Positions 36,876 to 48,497 of a stretch of DNA of 64,000 nucleotides are shown here, piece by piece. Source of the DNA: Moniliella sp. 'wahieum' (lineage: Eukaryota); NCBI GenBank assembly GCA_003971905.1, contig RSEE01000011.1:868001-932000 (forward strand). The letters are read 5' to 3'. The notes below the pieces were generated by a model. The model was given only the letters and a program-made list of their open reading frames with translations, was not told where the DNA came from and made no database searches. A program made the translations under genes and the position numbers. The first letter of the stretch is position 1. Every line of letters starts with the position of its first letter.

Positions 36876-38899
36876 TTAATCGTGTTTCTTCCTAAGATCA
36901 CCCGACGGCAGGTCTTTGGCAATGTCCGAGAACCCATCGTCGTCCTCGTCATCGGAGGAGGAGGTAAACAGGCCCTTACGCTCGGCCGCCGTGCCTTCGT
37001 ACGCCTTCACGGGACCAGCATGGATCGTTGAACTGTCATCCTCAGCAGATGCACGTACTTTCGACGAGCCTCTCCTCGTCATCGTCCCCCTCACCAATGG
37101 TAAAGGCGTCCCCACTGTCGTGGAGCACTGGAGAAGGAGCGGAAGGTCCCTGGGGTGCGGGTGCGCGGGGCGCTGACTCCTCTAGGGGTGGTGGTAGAGA
37201 GCCCGTGCGGCAGTTGCCGCTTGGGCACGAGGACATCAAGACCAGCTTGCTCCTCCGCTGCTCGTCCCAGGCACCAAAGAGACCGGAGAAGAAACCTTGG
37301 TTCGACTGCGCCCCCTGGGGTTGGTGGTCCTCTCTCCTCTCCATCGTCTGGGTGGGCAAACTCGTTGATCTCATAGTCATCGGCGCACCCAGATCGTCGG
37401 TCGCCACTTCATCCGACATGGACAAACGCAAGTTCTGTCCTGTTGGGCGCCACAGATACGCGATCCCCATAAAGGCCACAAGGTACAAGATGGAAAGCCA
37501 GCGTCGAGCATGAACCAGCGGTAGGTCCATGTCCCGGGTCCGAATTCGCCCCCCGCTGGCCAAACACAATGCCAGCAACTAAAGTAGACCATTATCGACA
37601 CGGCCGTGCCCACAAGAGAGACGATGGAGCTTGGTAAACATTGCTGTTTGAATGTCTGGCGTCGACGTTCGAGCGTAGCGATGGTCGAGGTGAGTGCATG
37701 GAGAATCCAGAGCAAAAACACGGCCAGGGTCAGGGCGAGGGGCAAGATGAAGAGGAGCGGCCAAGTGGTGGAGGATTCAGTGAGGAGCATGATGATCCCG
37801 ATCGTGTAGAGCATACCACAGATGAAGTGAGCCAGGCCCAAGGCCTGGGCACGGCGCATAATGGGGCCCAAGCTGGGGCGCACCACGCCGTACCCGAGAG
37901 AAACCACCAGTAGCAAAAACAGCGACAGCGTCGTCTTGGCTGCTCCATCAGCGTGCCGTCAAAGCAAGTAGAGCGCGCAGGGCGGCCGTCTCACCTGCGT
38001 GCCCGGGAAGGACAGCGCGCATATGCCAGTAGTCGATTGCGTGGGTGTTCTGGTACCGTAAGTATCCCCACTGGATGGCCATGTCAACCACAAGAAAGAC
38101 CATAATGGCCGAAATCATGTGCTGGATGGGCAGCAGCTCGTCCTGATGCACAAAGCACAAGTAGCCCCAGCCGCCGGCCATCAGGGCATACCAACAGTCA
38201 TCCAAAAGTAAAAGCCAAGTTTGGGATACTCGGCAGCAGGCAAGGTGCCCTCGAATTTGTTCTCAAAGTGCACCAGGCCACTGAAGGGAGCATCCATATC
38301 GGCCTCGGCCAAGCCGGGGTTGCCATCCGCCCGCGCCACTGTGACAGCGCCGACGCAGTAGTACCCCTTTTTGGACACCTCGTAGTGCTACAAACCGAGA
38401 CGGGGGAGGGGTAAGCGGGTGCGCTCAGCACAGGCGCAGGTGGGGGAAACGGCACACACAATAGGTTCAGGCACCTGTTGAGGACTGACTGCGACCAGGT
38501 GGCGGGAGAAGGAGCCATTGTCAGGGGCGATCCATTGCCCACGTCGGATGGGGGACAGAGCTGGCTGGCAATGGCCGAAGGGTTGCAAATGTACTCGGTG
38601 CGGGTGAAGGTGAAGACAGGGGCGGCCAGCTGGTTGCCCGCATCGGTGGCAGGGGTGATGGCAGAGCGGGCGCCGAGGCGGGCAAAGTCGGACCACTCGT
38701 AGATGATGACGGCGTTGGCGTCGCTGTCGGCGGGGGAGAAGGTGAGGGAGATGTGGTGTTGTTGCCCGGCCCACATGCCACTGCATGTCTGGAGGAGGCC
38801 GTCGTCATGGCTGACACGCACGTCGAATGCGTGCGCGACGCCGACGAGGGCTGCGGCGGCGAGGAGGAGCCGCAGGGCGTGGTGCGCAGACCAGCGCAT
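36876..38899 (-). CDS. PTM1: Lung seven-TM receptor family protein (Ptm1/TMEM87/GPR107)
   Basis: Signal peptide, QTCSGMW, KKGYYCVG, FEGTLPAAEYPKL, ELLPIQH, LLVVSLGYGVVRPSLG, IAYLWRPT. Confidence 0.9.
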
Positions 38900-39189
38900 G
38901 GAGCGAGGCTGTCGGATGGCTGCGGTCGACGCCGGCGGGCTGGAGGCGGAGCGAAGGGCAGCTGTTCAGACCGAGCGGAAAGCGCAGCCAATCAATCGGC
39001 AGCCATCGCCAACTAGGGCATCCCTGTTACGTCAGATGGCCCGCCCTCGTATAAGACTGGCTCCCACCCTGGTCGTGCGCGACGGCAGCCACGATCACAA
39101 AGACGAATCTTTGCATCAGCAACCCACCGATCCATGGCCTAACTAACCACACACGCCCTCCCCTCTCCCTTCGCCTCCCCTGCCTCGCT

Positions 39190-41327
39190 ATGCCCCCATC
39201 GCCCACGCCGGCAACCAGGACGGCGGCCGTGCCATCCGCCCCGCCGTCCGCGTCCAGCCCATCTTGCGCATCACCCTCCCATGTGGCGTGTCGAACAGCG
39301 GTGCGCTGCTGCTGCTCCTCCTCCTCCTGCCGACGCCGCCGTGGCTGCCGTGCCTTCGCCCTCCACCAGTCCCCCCGCCACCCGCGTCACCCGAACTGCG
39401 CCGCTTCCCGCCCACGCGCCGCGCCGCTCGCGCCCGTTCCAAGCGCAGCCACACCCAGTCGGGTTATCCGGCATGGGACCGCCATCGCTCGTCGCTCAAG
39501 CTGCTCCAGGAAGAAGCCAAAGTGCTGGGCCTCATGCGCCCCAGCCCGGCTCCCCCCCAGGCCGACATGCACCAAGTGCGGTACGAACCCCACTATGCCT
39601 CGTCTCTTCCATCCATGCATGCCTCCCACCCCCCGCCAGCCGCCCGCTCGGGCCGGTCGAGCGATAAGGCCCACTCTGATCTGGTCCACAGCCTGACTGC
39701 CCTAGCCGAGCAAGGCAAGCCAGATCCCTCGTCCCAGCGGCGGTCCTGGCGAGGCATCGTATTCCATGAGGCCGCGAACGATCCGCATCCTGCTCCTGAA
39801 ACGAATCACAACACTCCCTGGGCCAAGGCCAAAGAAGGAAAATCATCGCCACGTCCCATCCCTGCCTTGGCCCGTTCCTACACAGAGGGATGCATGCCCT
39901 CCGCTTCACCGCCGCCATCGCCCTGGTCTAAGATCCGTCAGCGCCTCGGATCTTTCTCCCACGCCAACGGAGGGGGCGATCAAGAGGATTCGTCTCAATT
40001 TATGGGGTCTGGGTGGGGGGGACGTCACCGCCGTAGCCCATCTGTTGGAAACGACAGTGGCTTCTCCGGCTATGCCGGAAGCACGCCTCCGTACGAACGC
40101 CGTCGCTCCGTCTCCGAAGCCTCGCCTAATTTCCCACGCACACCCTCGAGCGAATTGGGGATCACCCCCATCCGGGTTTGGAAAGTCTTTCCATCGTCAA
40201 AGCACGCTTCCCATCAATGGCGCGCCGGGCTTCAATCCCCGAAACGAGGGGCGCTAGGGGGCGCGACGGCTGCCGTATGGGCGGCCCAGGAACTTGCCCG
40301 CTCTGCACAACGCAAGCGAGGCATTCCCGTCAAGCTCGTGGGGCGTACGACGGATGAAGGTTCATCTGAACCGGGTGCTGGCGACGCTAAATCAGACGTA
40401 AAGGGTGTGGTGAGCGCCTCCCTCGCTGCGCATCTTCAAGCTCGATTGCCTCCCCGACTGCGGTTGGGAGACAAGTGGCAGTTGATCTACAGTTTGGACC
40501 AGCATGGAGTCAGCTTAAAGACAATGTATGCCTTGGCAGACAAGTTTTTTGCCTACGCTCCCGCTCGGGACACGTTCGAAAATACCCCGGGTCCCTTTGC
40601 TCTCTTGGACAAGGAACTGGCTTCTCATGTGCAGGGTGCGGTGCCGACGTTATCTACTTCTCCCTCTCCCTCGGCCCAAGAGGACGACCGTCCTGTCTTG
40701 ACAAGACACGGGACGGAACCTATCTACCCATCTGCTAGTCTCCACGCTCCTGCTCACCCCCATCCTAGTGCCCCACCCACCACTTCATCACCACACACCC
40801 ACCATCCTCACCTGGGCGCCATGACGAACCGCAACGATGCCGGTCTGGTGCTTGCGATTCGAGATATGGAAGGGCACGTATTCGGCGCCTACCTCCACAC
40901 CCACCTCCACATCCAGTCGCACTACTATGGGTCCGGAGAAAGTTTTCTCTGGAAGGCTGTGCCCACACCAGCAGACACGACCGATCCTCAACCCGAGGCT
41001 GAGGGAGAAGGCGAAGGCGAAAGCGAAGGCGAAGGTGGCGAACGGCTGGTGGTCTACCCTTGGACTGGTCAGAACGACTTTATCGTCCTGTCCGAAGCCC
41101 GCTTTCTCAGCATCGGTTTCGGTGCGTCGTCCAAGAGCCAAGGAGGGTACGGTCTGTGGCTCGACGATGCATTTGCACGAGGCTCGTCAGCACGGTGTGC
41201 AACATTTGACAATGACATTTTGTGTTCACCCGCCGTACCTACCTTTCCCTTGCGGCCGGGAGGCAAGGAGGAGGAATACTTTGAGTGCTTTCAAGTGGAA
41301 CTTTGGGCGGTGGGACTGTCCTCTTGA
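39190..41327 (+). CDS. OXR1: TLDc-domain oxidation resistance protein
   Basis: Motifs WQLIYSLDQHGVSLKTMY, GHVFGAY, YYGSGESFLWK, YPWTGQND, GYGLWLDD, CATFDND, VELWAV. Start uncertain (39190 or 39534). Confidence 0.9.
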
Positions 41328-41457
41328 TATACACAACCTCCCATGCCCCGATACCGATGTCTGTGGGTGCAGTACCTCTCCCCCTCTGGGCGAGTTTTGC
41401 TTCCTCCCATCCCCGTCATGTGCATCATGCCTTTTACTCCAGTGCTATTTCTGTTTT

Positions 41458-41890
41458 TTCATGTACTCCTTATTTCTCTGTACCGTTACCTGCCTTGCTC
41501 GTCTTCATGCATTCACTACATTATTGTGTTGAGACGAGGCTTTCGACGGCCCTCGAGTATAATCTCGATGAGATGGCGCCACTCAACGTCTTACCGGTGA
41601 GCAAGCTTCGGAGTAGCCAGACCTGCTGGTGTATAATAAGTGCGGTACTGATACGAACATCTCGTATAAAGGCACAGATGGAGCCGGAGGTTCGCAAAAA
41701 TCATCACGGCTTATACAGTCCCGCATTCTATGAGCGCAAAGCCAACAATAATGAACATCAATATCAGTTCGAAAGGTAAGGAGACATATCCCTTTGGGCG
41801 AGATGACTGCCTCGAGCCCAGGGTTGAAGAAGGATATGCGAAAGGAAGATGAGAACCACTGATAAGAACCAGAGGTTTTTGTTTGCACCT
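41458..41890. repeat. Diverged dispersed repeat B, copy 1
   Basis: Shares collinear blocks with 44341-44660: TTCATG.ACTCCTTATTTCTCTG, TTCGCAAAAATCA, GCATTCTATGAGC, GAGCCCAGG.TTGAAGAA, GATAAGAACCA. Confidence 0.8.
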
Positions 41891-42911
41891 TTTTTTTCTT
41901 TTTGCTCAGGCACAGATGCATGAGCAGGCCAGGTGGGTGGATGAGAGGATGTGAGAGCCAACTTATGGGCTCGATACAACCTCCTCGTCCACATCTCGCA
42001 CGAAAAAGGGCCCAGATGGGGGGCTGAAAAGCGATGGGACGGGGGAGAGAAGGGGAGGTCAAAGGCACTGTCCACTGCACCGTCCTCCTGCTCGTCCCCG
42101 TTGTCTCCAACATCCATCAGCACGTCGAACAGAGATGTGGGGCTGTGGGGATCAGGGGGTGCTTCTTCGTCGTTGGCCGGTTCTTGCTCTTCATCCGACG
42201 AGTCGTACTCATAGCTCGAGAGACCGGGCCACGTTTCGGACCGGATCAGGCTCAGCTCTTGCTCCAGCAGGCCAATTGCCATGTCGAGGCGGAAGTTGAA
42301 GCGTTCTTCACGCTTATGCTCCTTCTTTGCCTTTTTGACCTGCTCTTCTTGCGTCATTGTTACCCCCAGCTGGGCAGTTTGCTTTGCCGGCTGGTAGCGG
42401 AAGAGAGTGCGGAGCTTTGACGTCCACTTGGGCACGGTGCGGTGGTGGCGGCTGCGGCTCCCAGCGGTGTTTTCCATCGTATCCTTATCCTTAGGAAGGG
42501 AGGAAAAGTGAACGCGCTTGGCTGGGGGGGCTCGTCCGTCTGGTGCTCATCTTGCTCAGCCATGTGTGTTGATGAGCGCTTGGTCCCGGGGGGACGCCGA
42601 ATCTTCAGGCGCAGGGCTTGGATTAGGCCCCGGCGGCTGTTCCTTGTTGACGTCGGCGACTTGGTCCCGTGCGTCGAAGAAGGAAAAGCGGACTCGATTG
42701 GGAGGCCGGTCGGCACCTTGAGCTTCAATGCCATCCGCCTGCTCTTGGGCCGGTGGATCGAAAGAGGAAAAACGGACTCGCTTGGGAGTACGGGCAGCAC
42801 GTTGGACTTCAATGTCATCGCCCCCATGGGCTCACTGCGGCGTTTCATGCTGCTGCGAAGCGGAGCACCGCTGGCGTCGTTGCTGTGAGCTGCGTGGTTC
42901 GCGGCTGGCAT
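41764..42911 (-). CDS. Orphan hypothetical protein (basic N-half, acidic C-half)
   Basis: Two overlapping ORFs joined by a frameshift near 42480. Internal repeat LPSESVFPLSIHRPKS / LPIESAFPSSTHGTKS and a helical segment EEQVKKAKKEHKREERFNFRLDMAIGLLEQEL. Confidence 0.55.
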
Positions 42912-44340
42912 GGTCGATGCTTGAGCGGAGGAGGCGAGGACGGTGGGAAGGAAGATACGCGGCTGGAGAGGCGGATACGCTGTTGAAGAGACGGATACGG
43001 TGGTGGAGAGGAGGAGAAAGGTGGCGGGCAGGTGTGGGTACTTCTAAATGGATCGGGGGGTTGGGGTTGGGGTGCCATTTGGCCAAAAATAACCACATGA
43101 GATGGCGAAGTGCGGACAGAGAAGCGGGCCTGGTGCGTGTGATGCATGTGGCATGTGACATGTGATGTCTCGCCCATGTCAGACATCCCGATCGGACGCC
43201 TTGTGTCTTTGGGTGCGGGGGGTGGACATGGCAGGGGGACAGTGTTGCAGTTGATTGCGGGGGGTAGGCACTGGGCCACAAGACGGTTGTGCCGACGTCT
43301 GTCGGAGCATCGGTTTATCATGCATGATGTATGAGCAATGACGCAGATGTATCATCGGTCAGCGGTCAGCGGTCATGCCCTTCAAGCTTCAAGCTTCAAG
43401 CTTCATCATCGATCGTGGGAGCTTATATGCGCAGGCCAGGCAGGAAAGGCAGCCTCAGCTGCCTCAGCGCCTGGACACTGAGACCTAGTCTTGTCTGAGT
43501 GGAAGCTCAAATGAATCAGTGAGACCTGCCCTGGACTGCCACCCCGTCTCACGACCCTACTTGATCGTATTCATAATCCACAGTGAAGAAGAGGACAGGG
43601 GTGTCTATATACAAGGAAGAAAGGGGGGTACATACTTGAGACAAGTCGCATGGACCTGAGAATACTATATGGACAGGAGGAACTAACAGGGGATCGAAAT
43701 CGGGTTAAGGATTCAGTTCGCTTGGTGAAGAGATACATCACTAGGTGCGCGTCAGAGCCCCACAAATAAGCTGGTCGCCGTTTCACAGGGCCACAGGATG
43801 AAGTTACACGGATGTATGCTTGAAAATGGACCTCCTTTTATATTCAGACTCAGTAACTGAAGACAGTGCGTTTTGCATTTGGAGGATCTGTACGAAGATG
43901 GACGTCGAACAGCACGCTGCTGATGATTTCCAGAATCCCGGCTGTAATATCGGGCTATCAGTTTTGTTCATGCGCTTTTGAAAGAGCTTTCATGTACTCA
44001 ATTCCTGCAACAGAAATGGGTACCAGCACTCAGTTTGGAGCTTGAATATGGACATGGCCTAGTAATATCCACGATGAAGGGAAGTGTTGGGAAGTGTTTA
44101 TTGTTTTGAAGGCCCATAAAGGAATCATTTCTCCGGTACGAGAGAGGGAGAGGGCCCTGAATGCAGGACACGCCTTTCAGGATGTATATTTGGCGCTTTT
44201 GTGCTCGGGCTGGCTGTGTTTAGCTCGATTCTCCTCCTGGTCAATTTGTGCTTCCCTGCAGACGGCACACACTCTGATATCCGCCAAACCTCCGGCGTGG
44301 GCAAGGTAATATAGCACCAACTTTTATATATCTGTAGTGC

Positions 44341-44660
44341 TTCATGCACTCCTTATTTCTCTGCACCACACCACTGTGGCACTCACATGAACATCTCACA
44401 CAAACACACGGACGGAGACGGAGAGATGTTTATAGAAAGGATTCGCAAAAATCAACACACTGGCAAGGAGTGTGGCCTATACAGACCTGCATTCTATGAG
44501 CCAAAAAGTCGAAGCTATTAACATGCATCAAATAAGTTAGAAAGGGAAGGATGAGCCTTATGCCGCTATGGGCGAGACGAGTCTTGAGCCCAGGATTGAA
44601 GAAAGATACGAAAGGAAGGGAACCATCGATAAGAACCACAGTTTTTTGTTTGCCGTTTTT
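44341..44660. repeat. Diverged dispersed repeat B, copy 2
   Basis: Collinear with 41458-41890 in the same orientation. Confidence 0.8.
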
Positions 44661-44817
44661 GTTTCTTCTTTTTTTTTTTTTTTTTTTTCTTTTTTTCTTT
44701 TTGAGCTTCAAGCCGAATCAGTCAAACAAACTTGGGTCTCAGTCGCGTATCTCTTCGCCATATTGTAAAAGAGGGCGTGGAGCGATTGCTATCGCACCCA
44801 CGGATGCAGCCGTGCGA

Positions 44818-46244
44818 TCAAGGGGGCATGCCCGCGTCATCCCTCACGAACTCCGTCGGGAAGAGGGCCGGGAGGTCAAACTGATCCCAGGCAAGCTCCA
44901 TCTCTTGCATGGGGTCCGAGAGAGGGGGGGTTCAGTATTACATCCGTGGTGGTGGCCAGGGAGTCAACGTTGAGAAGAGTCTCAGTCGAAGCAACGGTTT
45001 TAAAGTCGAGTGGAGCAGGTTAGAGGCTGCTACTGGGCTGGGACCGTCGGTGGCGAAGCGGTGGTGTCAAGGGAACGGAGCAGATGCTCAGTTAGAGCAA
45101 TGACCACAGGGTCGTCGATGAGGGGGATGGAGTCTGCTTCCAGACCTGGGACCGCAGGGGGGGATTCGGACTCGGAGGAGCTCGACTGAAGACGCTTGGG
45201 GGGACGACCACGGGGCCGCTTAGACACAGGCTTGCCAGGGGGGTTGGAAACACTTCCCTGACCCGATGCGGTGGTAGGAGGCGAGGAAGATAAGGAAGAG
45301 TTCGTCTGGAGCTTGCGAGGACGGCCGCGGGGCCGCTTAGGCGCAGGCTTGGCTGCTTTCTGTGCAGTAGCTTTGGGAGGCCGTCCCCGTTTCTTAGGTG
45401 GCGACGGAGGGGTACCCTTTGTCACCGTATTCTGTGGGTTGGCTGGCCCCGCCCTGAGCAGGGGTTGATGTGGGGGAAGAAGAAGGAGGCCTGGAAGAGG
45501 TGTACCCGCATAGTTCTTCGAAACCAGCATTGGGAGAGGTCTTGATGCCTCCGGTGGAGACAGTGCAACTGTAGGCACTTTTCCATTCGTCAACGTAGTC
45601 GCGTACTCCGGAGCCAAAGCAGTACTGCCCATTGGTGAAAGGGAGTCTAAACACGGTCAGAATCCTGTTCGAAAAGAGAAGATAAGAGAGGGAGGGAAAA
45701 CTTACCATTCGCGCCTGTGGTAGGTGCGTCAAACCAGAGCGGAGGAATGGAGGTGAGGTTGGTTGGGGCGATCAATCCGATCTGGGGTGTGAGCGCGGGC
45801 GGGCTGGGTGCCAAAGCCTCGTCCTCACCCCGAGTCGGCAGCGAGGAGACTTCTCCCATGAGCGACGTGACATAGCGGTGCAGCTCCCTCTGTTCGTTCG
45901 ACGTGATGGGCCACAGATCGTCCAAAATCAAGCAGAGTGTATGACTGCCCTGGACATCGTCTGACGGGAGAGAAACGGGTCCACAAGGACAGAGTTGGCC
46001 ACCACGGAAGCCAATCGCCAATTGCCAACGACGAGTGCGTTGGTGTTTGCCTGAGGGGGGGCATTTGGACGAGGCGCGCGAGGCGGGAGAGGGACTCAAC
46101 GGGCAGGGACTGCTCGTAGGGATGAGCAAGGTGGAGATGGGCGGGAATGCTGCTTGCGGTCAGCCGTGCCCCATGGGCGATGGGACCCGTGGGAGCGTGG
46201 GAGAATGTCAAGGGCAGAGTGTTGAGCGCGTGTTCGTAGGACAT
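44818..46244 (-). CDS. AT-hook protein (3 AT-hooks, acidic tail)
   Basis: AT-hooks KKRGRPPK, KRPRGRPRK, KRPRGRPPK. Intron 45705-45647 (GTAAGT...CTGAC...TAG). The acidic/aromatic C-terminus QEMELAWDQFDLPALF is reached via frameshift. Confidence 0.7.
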
Positions 46245-47993
46245 AGTGGCGAGCGAGAGGAGCTCAGGGTGGTGGGTGTGAGGAAGGGAGTGCGGGAGGC
46301 ACGGTCGACCGAGAGGGGCTGGGTATTTATTGGAACATCAGTCTCGCAGGTGAAACAGAGGGGGTGCGACGGTGTGGGCATGGCTGTGGCCTGTTGCTGT
46401 TGTTGCTAGTAGGCTTGCGGTGATTCTGCTCCATGTGGCCAGGCGGCTGCTCGAGGTGGGAGGACGAGGGCGAGAGGGAGAGCGGCTGGTGGTGAGCAAA
46501 TCAGCCGGGCCGGCCAGACGCACTCTCGATCCAAGCCATAAGTATCGTATAAGCGAGCTTTGCTGCAGGCTGAAGCTTGAAGCCTGGCCGCCCACTGCTG
46601 CTGGCTAATTATATAATAAGCTTGGGCAACCCTTCCTCCGACCAATCGATCAGCGATCATTAACATTAATCATTAATCACCCACTCATCGATTCGTACTT
46701 CGTGTACGGTCGCCGGTCACGCCCGGTCACGCATCATGCACTGGTGATTGCCATGAGCGATTGGCGGCTCCTTAGCCCTTATGCGACTACTCGCGCCAAA
46801 CGAGCGGATCGTCTTCATGTGGTGTCACATGTCACATGTCACATGTCACTGCAGGCCACTTCTCCCTTCGACCTCCGCGCACTGCACCACTGAAAGCAGC
46901 GGCGGCGATGAACAGATGGGGTCTCAGATGAGATCTCAGCTTCTCAGCTCTCAGCCGCTTTTGCGGGGTGGGCAGTGTCGCGTGGTGCTGCCTCGCATAG
47001 AAGTAACTAGTTTACTACCTAGTAACCCCCACCCAGGGCGGTTGGAGTGTGGTGGCATGTGGCACCACTTGGTGTGATGGCTGGATCGGCCATGTCGCTG
47101 GCAAGCGGAACTGGCTATAGAGTTCCGCGACTCGCCCGCTCCGGATTGGTTACCGTCGCGCCCTCGTTCCCCCCTTCCTCTTCTCCCTGTTGCATTGAAG
47201 GTTATTAGACTAGCGTCAGGAGCTTACAAGAAGCTATCTCTGACTGTTCCCACCCTGCACAGTGCAATCGTCCTTAGCTTGATAGCGTATCTACTTCTCA
47301 GTTAACGGACAACCGCGGTTCTGGGTTCTCACCAGTGGTGCGACCGATTCATCGCGCTCACCCATTCATCGCCCGGTCTAGTGCTTCGCTCTAGCCCCCA
47401 CTCTTTCAGGGCGGCGTGTTGGGAAAAGTTGCGAATACGAGGGCCTGTGCGCACTGGCGCCGTGCCTGTGCTGCCAGCGCCCTATTTGCCCTGTGGGCGT
47501 GGAGATGGCCAAAAAACGCGGGGGCTGTCGTCGGCGATGATCGATGATCGATGATCGATGACAGCTAAGCTTAGCGCTAAGCCTGAGGGCTTAGGTTAAG
47601 CGCTAATAGCGCATGTCCCCAATAGTAACATGCACGTCACCTCCGACCGAAAAGTGTTCCTGTGATGTTTTCACAGACATGTGGCGTTCCAAATTCCTTG
47701 ATAAGTTGGAAGCTTAAAGAAGAATATTATATAGTGACTTCGTTTCGCCAAACCACCTTATCCGGATCACCACCAACCACCATTTCCATTTGCTGCTCTC
47801 TGATCTTGTCTCGGAGCGTTATTAGGTCGAGATTGCATCCATGTAGAGCGTAGCAGATCCTGAGAGCTGTTTGATATACGCTCTGGGGGAGAATAAGGAA
47901 AACGACGAGCAACACAGTTATTTTGTTTTGGCAATCGCAATTTTGAGATTAAAGAACAAGCAGTGTTTGCAGAACAGGAGAGTGGACCCAGAG

Positions 47994-48248
47994 TGTTAGA
48001 GGGTGCTGCTAGGGTTCTCCTGCGCGGCCCTCAATGGATCGGTGACGCTCGCCTAGCCGAGCGGAAGCGTTCCGCTCGCAGGCCGCGCACGCCCTGCTCA
48101 CTCCATCTCCCTTCTCTCTCTCCTTTCTCCGTCCCTTCAGACGTTGCTTGAAGACTTGTGGCTCACCACTTTGCCTTCACGCCTTGTCTGAAGGCTGCTT
48201 TGCAGCTGATCCATAGGATCGCGAGTGCTCCCAAGTTGCACTCTAACA
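47994..48248. mobile_element. Solo LTR, second family (255 bp)
   Basis: Termini TGTTAGAG...CTCTAACA (8-bp inverted repeat) flanked by a 5-bp duplication CAGAG (47989-47993, 48249-48253). Confidence 0.85.
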
Positions 48249-48409
48249 CAGAGGAGTCAGCGCTCAGCATTAATCCCTCCGCTCCGATCACAAGGAGAGT
48301 AAAACGAGGGTAGTCACGAGTGTCACAGTCGGGGCTAAGGCGAGGGAGACCAGATTCGGACTAGGCCAAAAAAGGGGTGCAGCAATCGTTCGTGGGGAAG
48401 AAGCAAGAA

Positions 48410-48497
48410 CAGAGGACATGGTGCGAAGCGGAAGAAACAGGGAAGGAGCGAGACGCTCGAGACGAAGAAATTGGAAATGGGAGCGAGATCAGCCAAA
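48410..48497. repeat. Diverged dispersed repeat C, copy 1
   Basis: CAGAGGACATGGTG...GAGCGAGACGCTCGA...GAAGAAATTGGAAATGGG.GCGAGATC shared with 55971-56063. Confidence 0.8.

Noticed and set aside
43800..44070. Faint resemblance to CxC domains associated with KDZ transposases
   Set aside because: Only a few residues match and the frame is broken. It cannot be supported without an HMM search.
46976..47410. Possible additional solo LTR
   Set aside because: It starts with TGTCG, but no matching CA terminus with a TSD could be identified.
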